In this document: in pieces, positions 38,033-53,184 of the stretch
Layout: every line of letters starts with the position of its first letter
How positions within the stretch are numbered: position 1 is the first letter of the stretch
Assembly: GCF_030684315.1 (NCBI RefSeq)
Contig: NC_081397.1
Span: forward strand, 10,192,421 to 10,256,420
Length of the DNA stretch: 64,000 nucleotides
Source: Stegostoma tigrinum
Lineage: Eukaryota
Direction of reading: 5' to 3'
Notes under the pieces: model-generated
What the model was told of the DNA's origin: nothing
The model's database searches: none
What the model saw: only the letters and a program-made list of their open reading frames with translations
Translations under genes and position numbers: made by a program

Positions 38033-40013
38033 ACCCACAACTTCTCTGAAACGGCTGAACCACGTTAAGTTTGCGAAATATTTTCGGTTTGTATTATTAA
38101 TGTCCCTAGGCTTTACGTGCGTTGTACAAGTTTATGGGTGGACCCTGATCTGCCCTTTAGTTTCAGTTGCGGCCATACCCTGTCTCGTTTCCCCGTATCT
38201 GCAACGAGCATAATTATCGCCAGTGAGTCATATTTTAGCAACTTCCGTTTCATTCGCGTTCCTCTTTAACACTTGATCACCCCGAAACAAAATTAACTTC
38301 TAATCCCATGAATAGAGTTTACAATCTACTGTTTTTTTTTCTTTTAATAATAAAGAACAAGAACAACTGCCGAATTGCGATTGTGCCTGAAGTCTGATGA
38401 AGAGCAATAGGGGGAGGGCAACTTCAAGCTGTTGTTTAAAGTTTGAACGCGTTCATCCGAAAGGATGTTGTGCAAGGTTTAATCAATATTCGGTGTGCAC
38501 TTGAAAAATTGAAATTAAGTTGCAGAATGCCGTGCTTTTGTAGTTGTTTTCCTGGTTCCTAACTTCAGAAAATTCTCATCAAGTGCAGAAATGGACAGAT
38601 GCGATGAAGAAACAGTGTGTCAAGTATTCATTTGCAACGTCAATGTAATTAAGCTTATAAACGAAAATTTTAATTATTCATTCCTCCTCCTCTTGTACAC
38701 TGGAGGGTTTTTCAAACTAATCGCGGTGGGTTCTGAACCCCGAAATCCAACTGTGGCAACCAAAATGAAATGACCTCTTATTTGAGTTCGACGAATAGAA
38801 ATATCTTGCGATTTCAGTTTAATTTCAATTCTAAATTTCTACGCGGGATTTGTGATTTTCTTTTCTCAAAATGCAGTACGTGGGGCTTTCTGCTTTCGCT
38901 TGGAGGCTTTCAAAATGAACCGAGATCAAGCGGAAACCTGATCTATCACAATAAGGGCCACTTTACGAAATTGTCTGAAGACTGTGCTGCCCATTAATGC
39001 GCTCAGCCGGATGAACGTTGCCTGATGCCTTATCAATATGTTGGGGAGCGTTTAAAACGTGAAATACAAAAACAGAAGCGGACGTTGGCGCTTTGTTTTA
39101 TTTTGTTTCTGCCTGTTCGGAAAACTCCACTCAAATCAGAAATGGGTGGATTCAATTAGGTCAGGGAGTGAGAAAGAGAGATGGAGTGAAGCATCCATTT
39201 GTAATCTAAAAGGCAATTAAATCGTAAGCATTTACGCACTATTCTGTGAAAAACGTCTTCCTCGTCTTGTCCAGATTGGCGGGCTTTTCAAATTCTGAAA
39301 GAAGACGGTTGATGATTTGGCGCCGGTCTTTTACAACAGTTCACACACTGAGGATTTTTTTTCAGATCTCCCCGCGTGTTCTCTCCGGTTTTGCGGAAAA
39401 CTCGATATGAGGCTTTCTGCTGTCGGCGGGAGAATTTCGACCTGAAATGAAACTAGAACATTTGCATCGCAAACGTAGAACTATTGTTGAAGTGCAGCCG
39501 ACAGCTATAGGCAGGGCGATTTTAAAAATATTATCCAAAGCACTGATACTCACACACGGAATAAATGAGTAGAATTCGATCAAAAAAGCCCGGTGCTGAT
39601 GTAAAATAGTATCTACGCAGGGAATGGATTTCGTGCGTTTTTTTTTCTTTCTGTTTATTTGTAAAGTTCGAGGAAACAATCCTTTCAAGATCACAAATAC
39701 AGATGGAAGGAGGCTAGGGAATGACTGAAATTGTGTGAATCATGTCGGTATATTCTAAAAGTAAACTACTTCAAATAAATAAGCATTATTCTTTGTTTGC
39801 CTTCTTACTGTTTGGTATATATTGGCGGGCTTTTCGAGTTTGAAAGAAAGCGGTTGATGATTTGGCGCCGGGATTTTCCGGCCTCCTCCCCGGGCCCTCT
39901 CCGGATTGGTGAGGGAAGCAGATATCTGATTGGGCATTGAAATGACATTCGGAGATTCTGAACAATGTGACCAATCAGCAATGGCCGCACCCCCATTCCT
40001 CCCGAAGGTATAA

Positions 40014-40466
<453 letters not shown>

Positions 40467-40496
40467 AGAGACCGTTCTGTAACCTGACAACCCAAA

Positions 40497-40512
40497 GGCT
40501 CTTTTCAGAGCC
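40497..40512 (+). terminator. Histone mRNA 3' stem-loop (H2A unit 2)
   Basis: CCCAAA-GGCTCTTTTCAGAGCC-ACTCC. Confidence 0.96.
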
Positions 40513-40855
40513 ACTCCCAACATCAGTGAAAAGCAGCTAGACTGTCACAGCTGGCTAACTAATTTTGATTTTATGTGCAAACCGGGGCCTCCAAATACGC
40601 AAAAATAGTCCGTTTTGTTTTCGCTTTAACAGTGATAAAACTAGAACGGGACGAATCAAGTTGGAGGTTTCGCTGTCGGGACAGCGACTTTAAATAGTGA
40701 CTCAAAAAAGTATCCCCATCCATCCGGTGGCAGGGAACAAGAGACATGGAATAGCTCGGTGCCAGAAAGAGGCCATTCGAGACAGAACCGACCAGCCTCA
40801 GAGGATCGAATACACTAGTGGGAGATTTGGGCAAAACTACAAAAATCATTTGTAT

Positions 40856-41101
40856 CAGAGATAATGGGAACTGCAGATGCTGGAGATTCCAAGATAATAA
40901 AATGTGAGGCTGGATGAACACAGCAGGCCAAGCAGCATCGCAGGAGCACAAAAGCTGACGTTTCGGGCCTAGACCCTTCATCAGAGAGGGGGATGGGGGG
41001 AGGGAACTGGAATAAATAGGGAGAGAGGGGGAGGCGGACCGAAGATGGAGAGTAAAGAAGATAGGTGGAGAGAGTGTAGGTGGGGAGGTAGGGAGGGGAT
41101 G
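40856..41101 (-). mobile_element. Penelope terminal fragment between H2A and H3; 10-bp TSD
   Basis: TCATTTGTAT at 40846-40855 and 41102-41111; empty site in unit 1 at ~9363. Confidence 0.88.
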
Positions 41102-41459
41102 TCATTTGTATGTTGTGGTGGGGTTTGAATTTTGGCGATTGTTACCCACCATCCTCCTCCGCCAAGTTCAGTTAGAGCTGGGGAAACGCCACGGGAAGCA
41201 ATTCGCACACAGGCGGTTCCATTGGAAATGTATAAGTTATAAAATATGGAGTGCAGTACTTGAATGTGTTGTGATTACTGAAAATTTATAAACCTGATTG
41301 TCCCGAGTTGCATCGTCTGTAGTATGAATTCGTGCATCTCACAGACCTATTCAGTTTCTGCAACTCCCGTTGCATTGAGACATCAATAGCACGCTCTGCG
41401 TTTACATGAACTGAAGTCCACAGTGCCTGACGATTGCTGCTCTTTCGGGACAGTTTAGT

Positions 41460-41475
41460 GGGTCTGAAAAGAGCC
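41460..41475 (-). terminator. Histone stem-loop with a stem mismatch (H3 unit 2)
   Basis: Minus strand GGCTCTTTTCAGACCC: the third base pair is C:C instead of C:G. Confidence 0.85.
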
Positions 41476-41519
41476 GTTGTGTTTCTCGGGGTGAATGTAC
41501 AGGGCCGGGCACGCTCCGT

Positions 41520-41957
<438 letters not shown>

Positions 41958-42139
41958 TTATCAATGCTGAACTTGATGCGGCGCTGCCTATTTAAGAGGA
42001 TGGAGAGCCCGCCCTAGAGCTGGGATTTGTTCGAGTCCCGTCCCTCAAATCCCCGAGAAACAGCCACTGAAGGACAGAAAAGGCAGTAAAATAATTATTG
42101 TAGGCTGGATTGGTTAACTTCAAATGACAGTTGGTCAAT

Positions 42140-42154
42140 TTCAAATCGCCCGCC
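42140..42154 (-). promoter_or_regulatory. CDE/CHR-like cell-cycle element upstream of H3
   Basis: Minus strand GGCGG-GCGA-TTTGAA, the canonical 4-nt spacing; a CCAAT box lies nearby (~42109). Confidence 0.55.
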
Positions 42155-42459
42155 GATTTCAGCCTGACCTTACAAAATATTAAAAAGTCCCATGCGCCTG
42201 CGCCTAAGATTATATCTTATGCTTCACAAAATTTTCTTGTGAACCTAACTTGCAGTCAGCGCGGAGAGGGCTCTGAATCATTTCCTGACCATCTCTAACA
42301 GGCAGGTGGAATGAACACGCCACTAAAACCTCGGCACGGCTACCAGAATCAAAACTGAACAAATTATCATTCCTGGGAGCGTCATTAAAAGTCGCTGCAC
42401 CAGCCCTATGTGCTGGTTCCCCATCCTCAGGTCTCCGCTCTCAGGCGGAGGGTTGGGGT

Positions 42460-42475
42460 GGCTCTGAAAAGAGCC
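42460..42475 (-). terminator. Histone mRNA 3' stem-loop (H4)
   Basis: Minus strand CCCAAA-GGCTCTTTTCAGAGCC-ACCCC. Confidence 0.96.
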
Positions 42476-42505
42476 TTTGGGTTCGCTGGAAAAGGGACGA
42501 TTTGC

Positions 42506-42826
<321 letters not shown>

Positions 42827-43454
42827 TCACTCCAATCGCTGCCGACTGAGAGCCGAGCTGCCTCACCTTCCTTTTTTATACTGCCTGCCCCGACCTGACT
42901 GAGAAACAGCTGACAGAAAGTGAGAGGCTGGCAGAAAACTGAGTGACAGGCAGAGAAATGTCCAGCTCCGCCTCCAGCTTACTGCCGCCCCCAACTGGAT
43001 CTGGAACTAAACCTTTTCTCCACAAGGGCAGTGAACACAAGGCCCGGCAGAAAACCTGCAGACCCAAACTTGTGTTCAAAGATAATAAAACCTGGATATT
43101 TTAAAAGCAAGATGACAAAGTGTGAAGCTGGATGAACACAGCAGGCCAAGCAGCATCTCAGGAGCACAAAACCTGATATCACTGATACAATTTTAAAAGC
43201 AGTTGTGAAACAATCAAAAGCCCATGTCCTGGCCTTCCTTTCAGAAGACAGCATGTCAGCTTCCATTTCACAGATAGCAGGAACTGCAGATGCTGTAGAA
43301 TCCGACAGTCAGTTTCCATTGCTCCCGGTGAATCAGACAAAATCATTTCTTGGGGACTGTGTTGTGAAGCGGGGTTTCTGCGCCAGTGTTACTGACTCCC
43401 TGAATATGTGAAATAGAAATGGACAGGAACTGAAACTGACATTTCCACAGCCAT

Positions 43455-44345
43455 CATAACAAAGTGTGGGGCTGGATGAACACAGCAGGCCAAGCAGCAT
43501 CTTAGGAGCTCAAAATCTGACATTTTGGGCCGAGACCCTTCATCCAGCCATTTCACTTTCCACAGCCATGTCACATTCCTCAATGACTGCCTCTGGTTCA
43601 GGCTTACCCCACGTGGATTACGACTCAAGTTTCATCCCTCATGTTTTGAATCCTCCCAGGAGCATATATACCTCCATAATGTTCAACGTTTCACGGACAG
43701 CTGCTCTCACCACATCCTGAGATCCACCCTGAGTGCCATGTGGCGGCACATGCATACTCTCAACCTCTCTCTCCAACAGCATCGTAACACACTGGCTCAG
43801 GGCTGCTCCACTCCCCAGTTCCACTTCATCCTCCACAGACAACAAAATGTGAGGCTGGATGAACACAGCAGGCCAAGCAGCATCTCAGGAGCACGGATGC
43901 TGCTTGGCCTGCTGTGTTCATCCAGCCTCACGTTTTGTTGTCTTGGATTCTCCAGCATCTGCAGTTCCCATTATCTCTGATACCACTTCATCCTCCGACT
44001 CATTTGTCGTGCTAACAAGGGACTTTTTTTTTCTTTTCCTTTCAGGCAATAAGGCCCACAAGATGCACCAACTCAAAACCACTCATGGCTCTCTGGGACC
44101 TACCTCTCCTTCCCTTCCCTCTGACTCTATCCCCTCCCCCAAACTCTTCACCTCCTGCCAGGTATTCACCATCCCTCCTAACCTTCTGCTCTCCGATGCT
44201 GGATGCTCTGTACTCAACAAAGGCCTCAGCTTTATTTCTCTGCATCCAGTTCTGAGGAAAGGGCACTGGGCCTGAATCGTTAACTCCTTTTTTTTCCCTC
44301 CATAGGTGCTGCCAAACCTGACCTTTTCCAACAACTTTGTTTTTG
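43455..44345 (+). mobile_element. Penelope-like 5' ORF fragment with nested fold-back mini-element (43835-43982; 14-bp TSD)
   Basis: HVTFLNDCL..LTPRGLRLKF and LSDAGCSVLNKGLSF resemble PLE N-terminal motifs; CCACTTCATCCTCC at 43821-43834 and 43983-43996. Confidence 0.65.
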
Positions 44346-44509
44346 TTCATGAACTGCAACTGCACCCGAACTGATGGTCAGTTAAAATGAGAGGGGGAAC
44401 CTCACACTGATTCCTTGTAGAATGTGTGAGAAGAGCTGGGTGTAAATGAAGCCGAGAAAGTGTGTTTTGAGTTATTCAAATCAATTAATGTCCGTATCTC
44501 CACCGGAAC

Positions 44510-44662
44510 TGGGACAGGGATCCTTTGATCCGGGCCCAGCTCTCTCCTGAGAGATGTCGGTGTCTCTGACAGGAGCTTTTGGGTTCAGGTGGTTACATGT
44601 TGCACCGACAGGTTCATTTCTTTGCTGCTTTCTTGGTAACTTCGGTTTTCAGCTTGGCCTTC
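44510..44662 (-). pseudogene. H1: H1 3' remnant (last ~15 codons, 3' UTR, degenerate stem-loop)
   Basis: Aligns to ~11920-12071. 44614-44662 reads KAKLKTEVTKKAAKK*; the stem-loop has decayed to AGCTCCTGTCAGAGAC (44562-44577); the rest of the gene is absent. Confidence 0.9.
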
Positions 44663-45079
44663 ACTTCAGTGAGCGTTTCCAATGTTTTCAATTGTATTTG
44701 CTCCTCCTGCTCTGACAGTGAACAGTACAAAATCAATCCCAACCGGAGATCAGCTGTTCTCCACTAAACAGAGACACACAGATGGTGCAGTTTCTCAGCA
44801 TGGGGGGTATGTAGCTAACCACTGTCAAGATGAGTGTGTGCCCGGACAGACTTTCTGAGAGGAGAAGGAATAGTGATGACCCCACTGTAATACAAGAGGA
44901 TTGTTCTCAGGGTCAGTGCAACATGTCCAATTCTGTTCACTATCACTCACATTAACCTATACAATACCAGTGAGATTTGGGATTGTAGTGGGGGGTTGTA
45001 GTGATAGAGCTTGCTGTTAGGGTGGATGGAGGTTATATCAAGTCTGATCAGTGTGTGAGTGTAAAACTGTGTCACAGAG

Positions 45080-45745
45080 TCGTGCAGTAAGGCATTCTTT
45101 GACTTGGGACTCAGCATCATTGTATCCTCCACTGTCAACATCCTGGGAGCTACCATGAAGGACAAATTGAACCGGACTCACCCGATAAATGCATTGGCTA
45201 CAAGAACAGGGCCAAGGCTATGGATACTGCAGCAAGTAACTTCCCTCCTGATTTCTCAAACCTGTCCAAAATCTCCAACATTCAAGTCAGGAATGTAAAG
45301 GTTTCCCCTCTGTAGCCCCCATTACCTGTATTAGTGCAGCTCCAACTGCACACAGCAAGCAAGGTACTATCCACGAAAAAGCTGCTCCTGTTTAATTGGC
45401 ACCACATTCACAAACATCCACTCTCTCAAATATAAAATTAGATAGCACCTACCAAACCCACAACTACTTCCATCTTGAAAGACAGCAGCAGCAGGTTCAT
45501 GGGAACTGCACGATCTGCAAGATCTTCTCTAAGACACTCACCATCCTGACTTGGAAGTATATTGGCCGTTCAGTCTGTGTCAATCCGTGAAAATCCTGCA
45601 ATTCCCTGACTAATGGCAATGTGGGCCAACCTACAGCTCAGAGATTGCAACGGTTCAGGAAGGCAGTTCACTACCGCCTTCTCACGGGCATTTCAGGAGG
45701 GTCAATCAATGCTCAGACCAGTCAGTGATGTCCACAGTTGGCATT
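45080..45745 (+). mobile_element. LINE (L2-like) 3' fragment
   Basis: STVNILG...RT.PRL.IL..VTSLL RT C-terminal remnant; tail shared with the 16.3 kb fragment. Confidence 0.55.
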
Positions 45746-45959
45746 TTTTTTTCTTTGAAATGTCTGCATTATTCTTGCTCTGTCCAAATGTTCTTCTCTC
45801 TGTTAGGCTCTATCCTAACATTTATTCCAAACCCCATCACACTCCCCTTTTATCTGCATATAAACTGACGTTTTCCCAGCCACCATCAAATCTGCGGAAA
45901 GGTCACTGGACCCAGAATGTTAATTTTGTTCCTTTTTCCTTCGAAGATGCTGCCACACA

Positions 45960-46155
45960 TTGAACCGCTCCAGGCCATTTGGCTCAACAAGTCCTCATCG
46001 CCCGCTGAAGAGCACCCTATCCAGACCTATTCCCCTACCCTTTATTTCTCATGTCTAATCCACCAAACCTAAACATCTCTGGGCACCACGGGCAATTTAG
46101 CATAGCCAATCCACCTAGCTTGCACACCTTTGGAATGCGGGAGGAAACAGGAGCA
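45960..46155 (-). mobile_element. HE1-like SINE fragment
   Basis: gggcaatttagcatagccaatccacctagcttgcacacctttgga, homologous to 57950-58228. Confidence 0.6.
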
Positions 46156-46483
46156 TTCAAAATTATGCTCTAACTTTTATTCTATATGAAAACAGTAAGG
46201 AAGGTGACATGAGCAGAACAAAACATTGGCACATAGTTCACAATTATGCGCCTAATCTGCAGCACGCTTCATAGAATCATCATAGAATCCTTACAATGTG
46301 AAAACAGATACTTCGGCCCAACTAAAATTCCACACCGACCCACTGAACAGCAGCCCCTCCCAGAACCATTGCACCGCCATTTCCCTTTGTCACACACAAC
46401 CCAGAGGAGCGCATGCGTGAGGCCCTCCCCCAGCGCTGCCATTGACTCAGTGAGTGGAAGAAGTTTGTTTGAAACAGGCCGCA

Positions 46484-46547
46484 ATGGAGAGACCAGCGCC
46501 CAGGGAAGCGAGGGAACAGCAGGCTCCTTCCAGCAGCGCATCGAGAT
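46484..46547 (+). other. Paralogous putative first exon with mutated donor (ATGAGT)
   Basis: Same 21 codons as 17523-17586; donor GT>AT at 46548. Confidence 0.5.
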
Positions 46548-47246
46548 ATGAGTCTGGGACACAGAGGGGGCTCCGAGACCGGCGTTGATTCGGGCTCAGT
46601 TCAGGGAGAACCGGGGGCTGTTGGTAAGAGGCGGAGCGGAGCAGGAACTGGTCCCGGAACTTGGAGTGAGCGGCCTGGGGGCGGGGAGAGAGAAGCCTTT
46701 CTCGGGCTGTGTGTGGGCCTGCGGAGGGAGACACAGCGGCAAGAAGCTGCTGCTGGGGGTCAGGCTTGTGCTTTTCATCCTCTAAACTGGGATGGACATA
46801 GTGCCGTGAACAGTGGAAACACAGACTAGAGGCATGTTATAACCCTGAAAAGGACAGGTATTTGAGTCCCCAGGTTACATTTCTCACCTGAAACATTTAA
46901 AATAGCGCCCTTTGTTCTTCCTTTTCACAGGTAGTGTGTTGTGAGCTGGATATTGAACTGTGTATGCATGCCTGTTTCTTCGGATAGCCCCATGTATGAA
47001 AGTACAGTTGTTGCTCAGTTTCTGATTCTCACTCAGTTGATTTCGAATTATTTCAGGAAAAAAAAAGTACCATGAGAATTCCCAGAAAAGGAGCAGATCT
47101 GGAGAACAGGGAATAAAGCCTCTGGTTCTGTTCAATTTGCTAGTTTTCTTCTTTTAAAAACAGACACACGTCCCAATGATTATGAACTTGATGTTATGTT
47201 GATTAGTTCAATACGGCCAGACTTTCTGTATGTTGACTTCCTCCAG

Positions 47247-47328
47247 GCAAATACTTGAAGCACCAGGATGATGTTGTATTTCCTCGGTACAAAGCCAAGT
47301 CTGACCAGTTACTGCTAACAATCAGCAG
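47247..47328 (+). other. Paralogous putative internal exon (82 nt) KYLKHQDDVVFPRYKAKSDQLLLTIS
   Basis: cttcctccAG ... CAG|GTATGT; open in the same frame. Confidence 0.55.
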
Positions 47329-48769
47329 GTATGTAGCCCACTGACGTTGACACAAGTTTTGAAGATGGATAGACTGATTGGTCATCCGAAATAGACACTC
47401 AGGAACAGCATTAAATCTGCATTTTATAAGGGCATTTTCAAAGTTACAATCAAGACAAACAATAGATCATGCTGTAACATAGTTTCAACAGCCATACCTC
47501 AGTGAGATGTTAAGTACAGAAATGGGAAGAACCCGTGCAACAAGAGTTACTAAAGTGGATGAAACATGTTTATATGAAGTTTATCAGTGACTGAGAAGGA
47601 CAGAATTAATCCTTTGATGAATAATTCTCTCCTCCTCTCACTCTCACACACACACACTCTGACTGACTGAAGGTGTATGTTACAATGTGGAACAACTAAA
47701 TTGTTTTGTGTTCACTGCAAATCATAGAAAATGATAGACTCAAAATGATCTCCACTAACACCCTCAAGTTACAGAACTCTGCAGCACAAGAGAAAGGCCC
47801 GTCAGCCCATTGCGTCTGCACCTTTTTTTTCAATGAACAACTTTTAAAATCCCAATCAGCCAGCATTCTATTTCCATGAATGTATTGAGGCTGAAGAGGA
47901 ACTGCTATCCTCACCCTTATCATTTCTTCACCTTACAGGAGTTAATATTTCTTTTTTTTTCTTCAGTCTGGCAAGAAACATTGTGTATCTCTTTGAATTT
48001 TTTGTTTCAATTTTCTACAAAGGGCTTGATGTTCATGTCAACCTTCCCTACAGCACAATCACATTAGTCCTCATGGTACGGACAAATGTCAGTGTAATAT
48101 TAATCCCTCAGTCATACAGAGTCAGTGAATATCTACTGTATCTGAGATGGTTGCCGACATCACGAAGCTAGCACTGCAGCTATTCGCAGGCTGATAACTG
48201 GAGAAATAATGTCAAATTGGCACTAACAGACACTGGCAGTGAGTGGAAGAAGTTCACAATTCCAACAATTACTGGAAACTAGTATGCAGAATGTAATGTC
48301 CCAGTGCAGGCACAGTGGGCTGAATGGTCTGCTTCCACGCTGCACCTCACCTTGATTCTGATCCTGGTGATGAAGTAAATGATATTCTGTTGTATAGAGT
48401 ATTAGTTTAAAAATGTAACATAGAAATAGACAGACAGGTGCAAAACAAAATCTTTAAGAAAGAGCACTAACGATGTCCAATACAAAAAAAAATGAATCTA
48501 AATGTCTCATTGATACTACTGAAACCTGAAAAAACAAATCCCGTACTGAGACAGAGAATCAGCATATGATACAATCGGTATATAAAACCCACACTCAGCA
48601 CACAAACTGTAAATTGTGTTGTTGATTCAGAATGGTTCTCATAGGAAATCAGTCCCATTTGTATGACCCCTCCTAGATCCTGCCAACTGATAACGAACTA
48701 AGAAGTCTCAAAATGCCGAAGAGATTGAAATCCAGTCTCAACGCCGTATTACCTGTGTCAGAATGTGTT

Positions 48770-49945
48770 GCATATTCACAGAGAATATTACTGGTTGCAA
48801 GAGAATCAAGGCACATTGATACACAACAGTAGAAACTGACAGATACGGATTGATACCTACACTGACTCATTCACATTTCAGAAACACACAAAAGAAAATT
48901 GATGATGAATCACATATTCACATTCAAATAACAGAAACTGACAGGCATGGACTGATAATTTGACTTGGCCATTCACACAGCAGAAACTGACTGGAGAGAT
49001 GGGGAAATGCAGCCTCACATTTATGTTGCAGATACTGACAGCAAGAATAATGTTGTTACACACAAATTCACAGAATAAAAACTGACTGTTACACATTGAT
49101 AAATGCATTTGCCTATTCAAAGCCAGAAACTCATAGGTGGAAATTGATGGGTAAAATCACACATTCCCAAAGCAGAATGATTGTTTGTAATAGTCTTGGT
49201 TTCAAATAACTGATCGGGCACAGATTGGTAACTTCACTCACCGATGCACAGAGCAGAAACTGACAGGCATAGACCAATAACTACACTCATCTGCTGCCGT
49301 AGGTACTGATTGACAATGACATGTACATATTCACACAGAAGAAACTGACAGGTATTCACTGATAACTAAACTCATATATTGACATAACAGAAACTGCAAG
49401 TGATAGACTGAGAATTACACAAACATATTCACAAAGCAGAGGCTGAAAGTGTACAGATTGATAACTACACAAACATATTCACACAGCAGTCTGAGAGGGA
49501 TAGACTGATTGTTAAACTCACATAGACAGAGCAGAAACTGACAGGCAGAAATCAGCAGTGAAACTCTCATTCTTTTAGCTGAAACTGACAGGTAGAGATC
49601 AATAACTAAATCCTCACGTTCACAAACCAGAAACTGATAGGGGCAGAATAATAATGACATTGACATCTGCACGTAGAAGAAACTGACATGGACAGAATAA
49701 AAATATCACTCCCAGGCTCATTTGACATCATCTGAGTTGTTTTGTTCTGTACATCCTTGCTGACTGTGATCGGCCTGTACTGCTCGTAAACAGAGCATTT
49801 CACTGTCTCTCGCTACATTTGAATTTATTAAAAAAAATTAACAGAGCATATACTGACAGGTATATATTTGTAACTACACTGACGCATTCAACAAGAGGGA
49901 GCTGACAGATATAGATGGACAACGAAACTCGCATATCCATATACC
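48770..49945 (+). repeat. Degenerate 49-bp minisatellite array
   Basis: Same consensus units. Confidence 0.85.
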
Positions 49946-50212
49946 CACTAGCAGTATGTAGTCCCACTCATGCAGCTGTATCAGTGTTGGTTAGCTTTTG
50001 GATCTCACTCAACCGGGTATTCGAATTTTAAGAAAAGAAAATAGACAAGGAGAAGCTCAGGCTAGGAGTAGAATCAGACCGTGGTTCTGTTCAAATAAAT
50101 AGCTCAAAACAAACAATCCTAATGAATAATTAACTGAATGTTACATTGGCAATATCACTCTGATCAATCTCAACTGATGTTAGTTTACAGGAGGTATTCC
50201 TTCTTCCTCCAG

Positions 50213-50294
50213 GCCAATACTTGAAGGACCAGGACAATTTAGTGTTTTCTCAGTTCGAAGCCAATTGTGACCAGCATCTTACAACAACCACCAG
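50213..50294 (+). other. Paralogous putative internal exon (82 nt) QYLKDQDNLVFSQFEANCDQHLTTTT
   Basis: ttcttcctccAG ... CAG|GTATGT; open in the same frame. Confidence 0.5.
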
Positions 50295-53184
50295 GTATGT
50301 TGCACTGTCAGAGCATAGAATATCCTAGCCACAGTGATAGCAGATTCAATGTCACACATTGAATGCAATTTCCAGAGAGATGTGTTCTAACCAAGAGTCA
50401 AACACCATTGAGGAAATACCAGTGTATATGTCTTATCTGTACCGTCACTTCCAGCCACCCAGTTCTAAACAATTTCACTTTGGAGGAATGACAGACTGAA
50501 TCCTCATCCAAAATATATACACAGGAACAGCATGAAATCTGCATTTAGTCAGGGTACTTTTAGTGTTACAGTCAAGTGAACACATAGATGATGCTGTTAG
50601 TTTGACCAACCACATGGGAAGTAGATATGGAGTACAGATATTGAAGCAAACATTTCAGTCAGAAGTAACAGACAGACAATTATTATTTCAATGAATATTT
50701 GTCTCAATAGTCACAAAACTTAAATAATGTGAATTCCAAATGCACGTGCTGTGCCAAAGACTGACATTGAGAGAATTGTTAATATACACTCTCACTCCCT
50801 CTCTTGCACCCTCCTCTCTCTCTCTCACTATCAAATGCATAAACCATCCCAACACACATTCCAACAAATAATAGCCATGCAATACCATATACATTGCAAG
50901 CAACAGAAACTGTCACATCTGGAATGATTTCTACTCACAGAACCATTGTCAGAGAGGCCTGCATTCCTTCACATTATTGAGTCTGTACCGAGAATTCTCA
51001 TCCCATTCATTCAACATTTCATTCACACAAATGTATGATAGCAGCAGAGGAGCTGCCATCCCCACCTTTATCGCAACATCATTCTCCTTTTCTTCACCTT
51101 TCAGGAATAGAATTTGTTTTGTCTTTTTCAGTCCAGCAAGAAACCTCGAGTACCTCTTTCAAAATTAATCTCAATTTATTGTAAAGAGCCTGACATTCCT
51201 CCTGGCCCTCCCTCGGATGTATTGCAGAGAAATACCAAGATATCTGAATACAATTTTCACAATAAATCAGTTTAATCAAGTGGTTACCTTTCGAAGCAGT
51301 GCACAAAATAAAAATAGACAAAATTGGTTTGCTTGGTAGGTTTGTGAAACACTCCTTTTGTTTCAAAGCAGAGTTGAACAGTGTTGATTGTTCAATAAAT
51401 TGAGTTTCACCCTTTAAATCTGCTGCACTGCAAGACAGAAAATAAACTTCCTTTTCCTTTCCACTTCCCTTCCAGAGAACAACACAAGAGTACCAGTAAT
51501 TGCTTCCACCATCACGGCACAGAGCAGGGTCATGTCCTGTCTACATCAGGGAATAAGTTCCCCGTTTGTCTTTTCTGTCCAAGCGACACTGTGTGATCAG
51601 GCAGCAGCAATGCAGTTGAATTGTTCACTGCCATTGGCTTTCACAGTTTACACTGATTGCTACTTTAGCATTACTCAGAAAAGCATATCACTACACACTG
51701 AAAAAGAAACGGATATTATTCTGACAGTCAACACTTTATATCATTAATCCCTGTTCAACTCTACACTATACAAGTTACAAAGGCCCATTGTGTTTCCAGT
51801 CTTGAATCTGAGGAACAGCACAGAGTCCCTTCTGTAGCAGTGTGTTGCCTTTCACTTGCACATGATTCCCACAGGCACCAACAATTAATGATCTTCGGTG
51901 GTTTCCCATTCACGACAGGAGACGGGAACTGAGATACAGACTGGCAGCACGAGGGAAAACTCACTCACACACAGCCAGTGGATGCTAAAAGGAAAAGAAT
52001 GAAGTACGGCCTCACAGTAATTTCCAGATATGAACTGACTCTCAAAATCTCTGATTACACCTGAGGATATTGGACTGTGACAGTGCCCAGTAGTGACAGA
52101 TAGATTCTACTGCACACTCAACCTCATGCACAATGTAAAAACAAACTGAGACTGAAATGCAATGCAGTTCAGTGCAATTGAAAAGAGTTTGACAGAGTTT
52201 ACTACTCCGACACAAACCACAACTGAACATACGAAAATGAGATCCATGTACTCTCCCTGAGACTGTGGGAAACATATCAAAACTACCACAATCGTTATGA
52301 AAAGCCAGATACCCACAGAACTTATGTCATATTGGCCTTTACAAATAGACGGTGACAATGAGTAGATGAAGTTCACATTCCTAACAATTACTGCGGAACT
52401 GCTGCATAAAAAATTCCCAGTACAGAGACAGTGGGCTGAATGGTCTGCTGCTATGCTGTACCATATCTGTGATTCTGTTTTTGGTGAGAAACAAGCAGTT
52501 TAATCAGTGGTACCACAGATCTCAGGCTGTCTGACCAAATAGGAAATATGTGACAATTTGTCAGAATGGTTCTCAGAATAAAGCAGTTCCCCTCCTGTTA
52601 TCACCCCATGTCCTCAACTTCTCCATCCCCCTCACCTACCACACGGACTGACACTCAACTCATAAATCACACAATGCAGAAGACATTAAGACGCAGCCTC
52701 AACACCCTAAAAATAACCATCACAGAGTGAATCATACAGTCACAGAATACTACTGGCCTTCAGAGATTTAGCCATTTTGATACATGAGGAGAAACTGACA
52801 CGTACAGATTGATAACTACACCCACTTGTTCGTATTGCAGAAACACACAAATGATGACAACACATTGACTACAATGTAAAGGTGTGACTGTAGTTATCAG
52901 TCTCTCTTGGTTTCTGCTAATGTCAGTCATGCATTCGCATTGCAGGAACTGTCAGGGAGAGATGAATAACTTCACCCTCATTCTCAAAGCTAAAACGGAC
53001 ATACACAATGATAACTACACTCCCAGTTTCACAGAGCAGAAACTGACAAGTATAGTCTGTTAACTAGACTCTCCTATTTACAGAGCAGAATCTCACAGGT
53101 ACATGTTGGGAACAGCACCCACACATTCACCCAGCAGGAACTGACAGGTGTACTTCGATAAGTGCATTTACACACTGACAAGGC

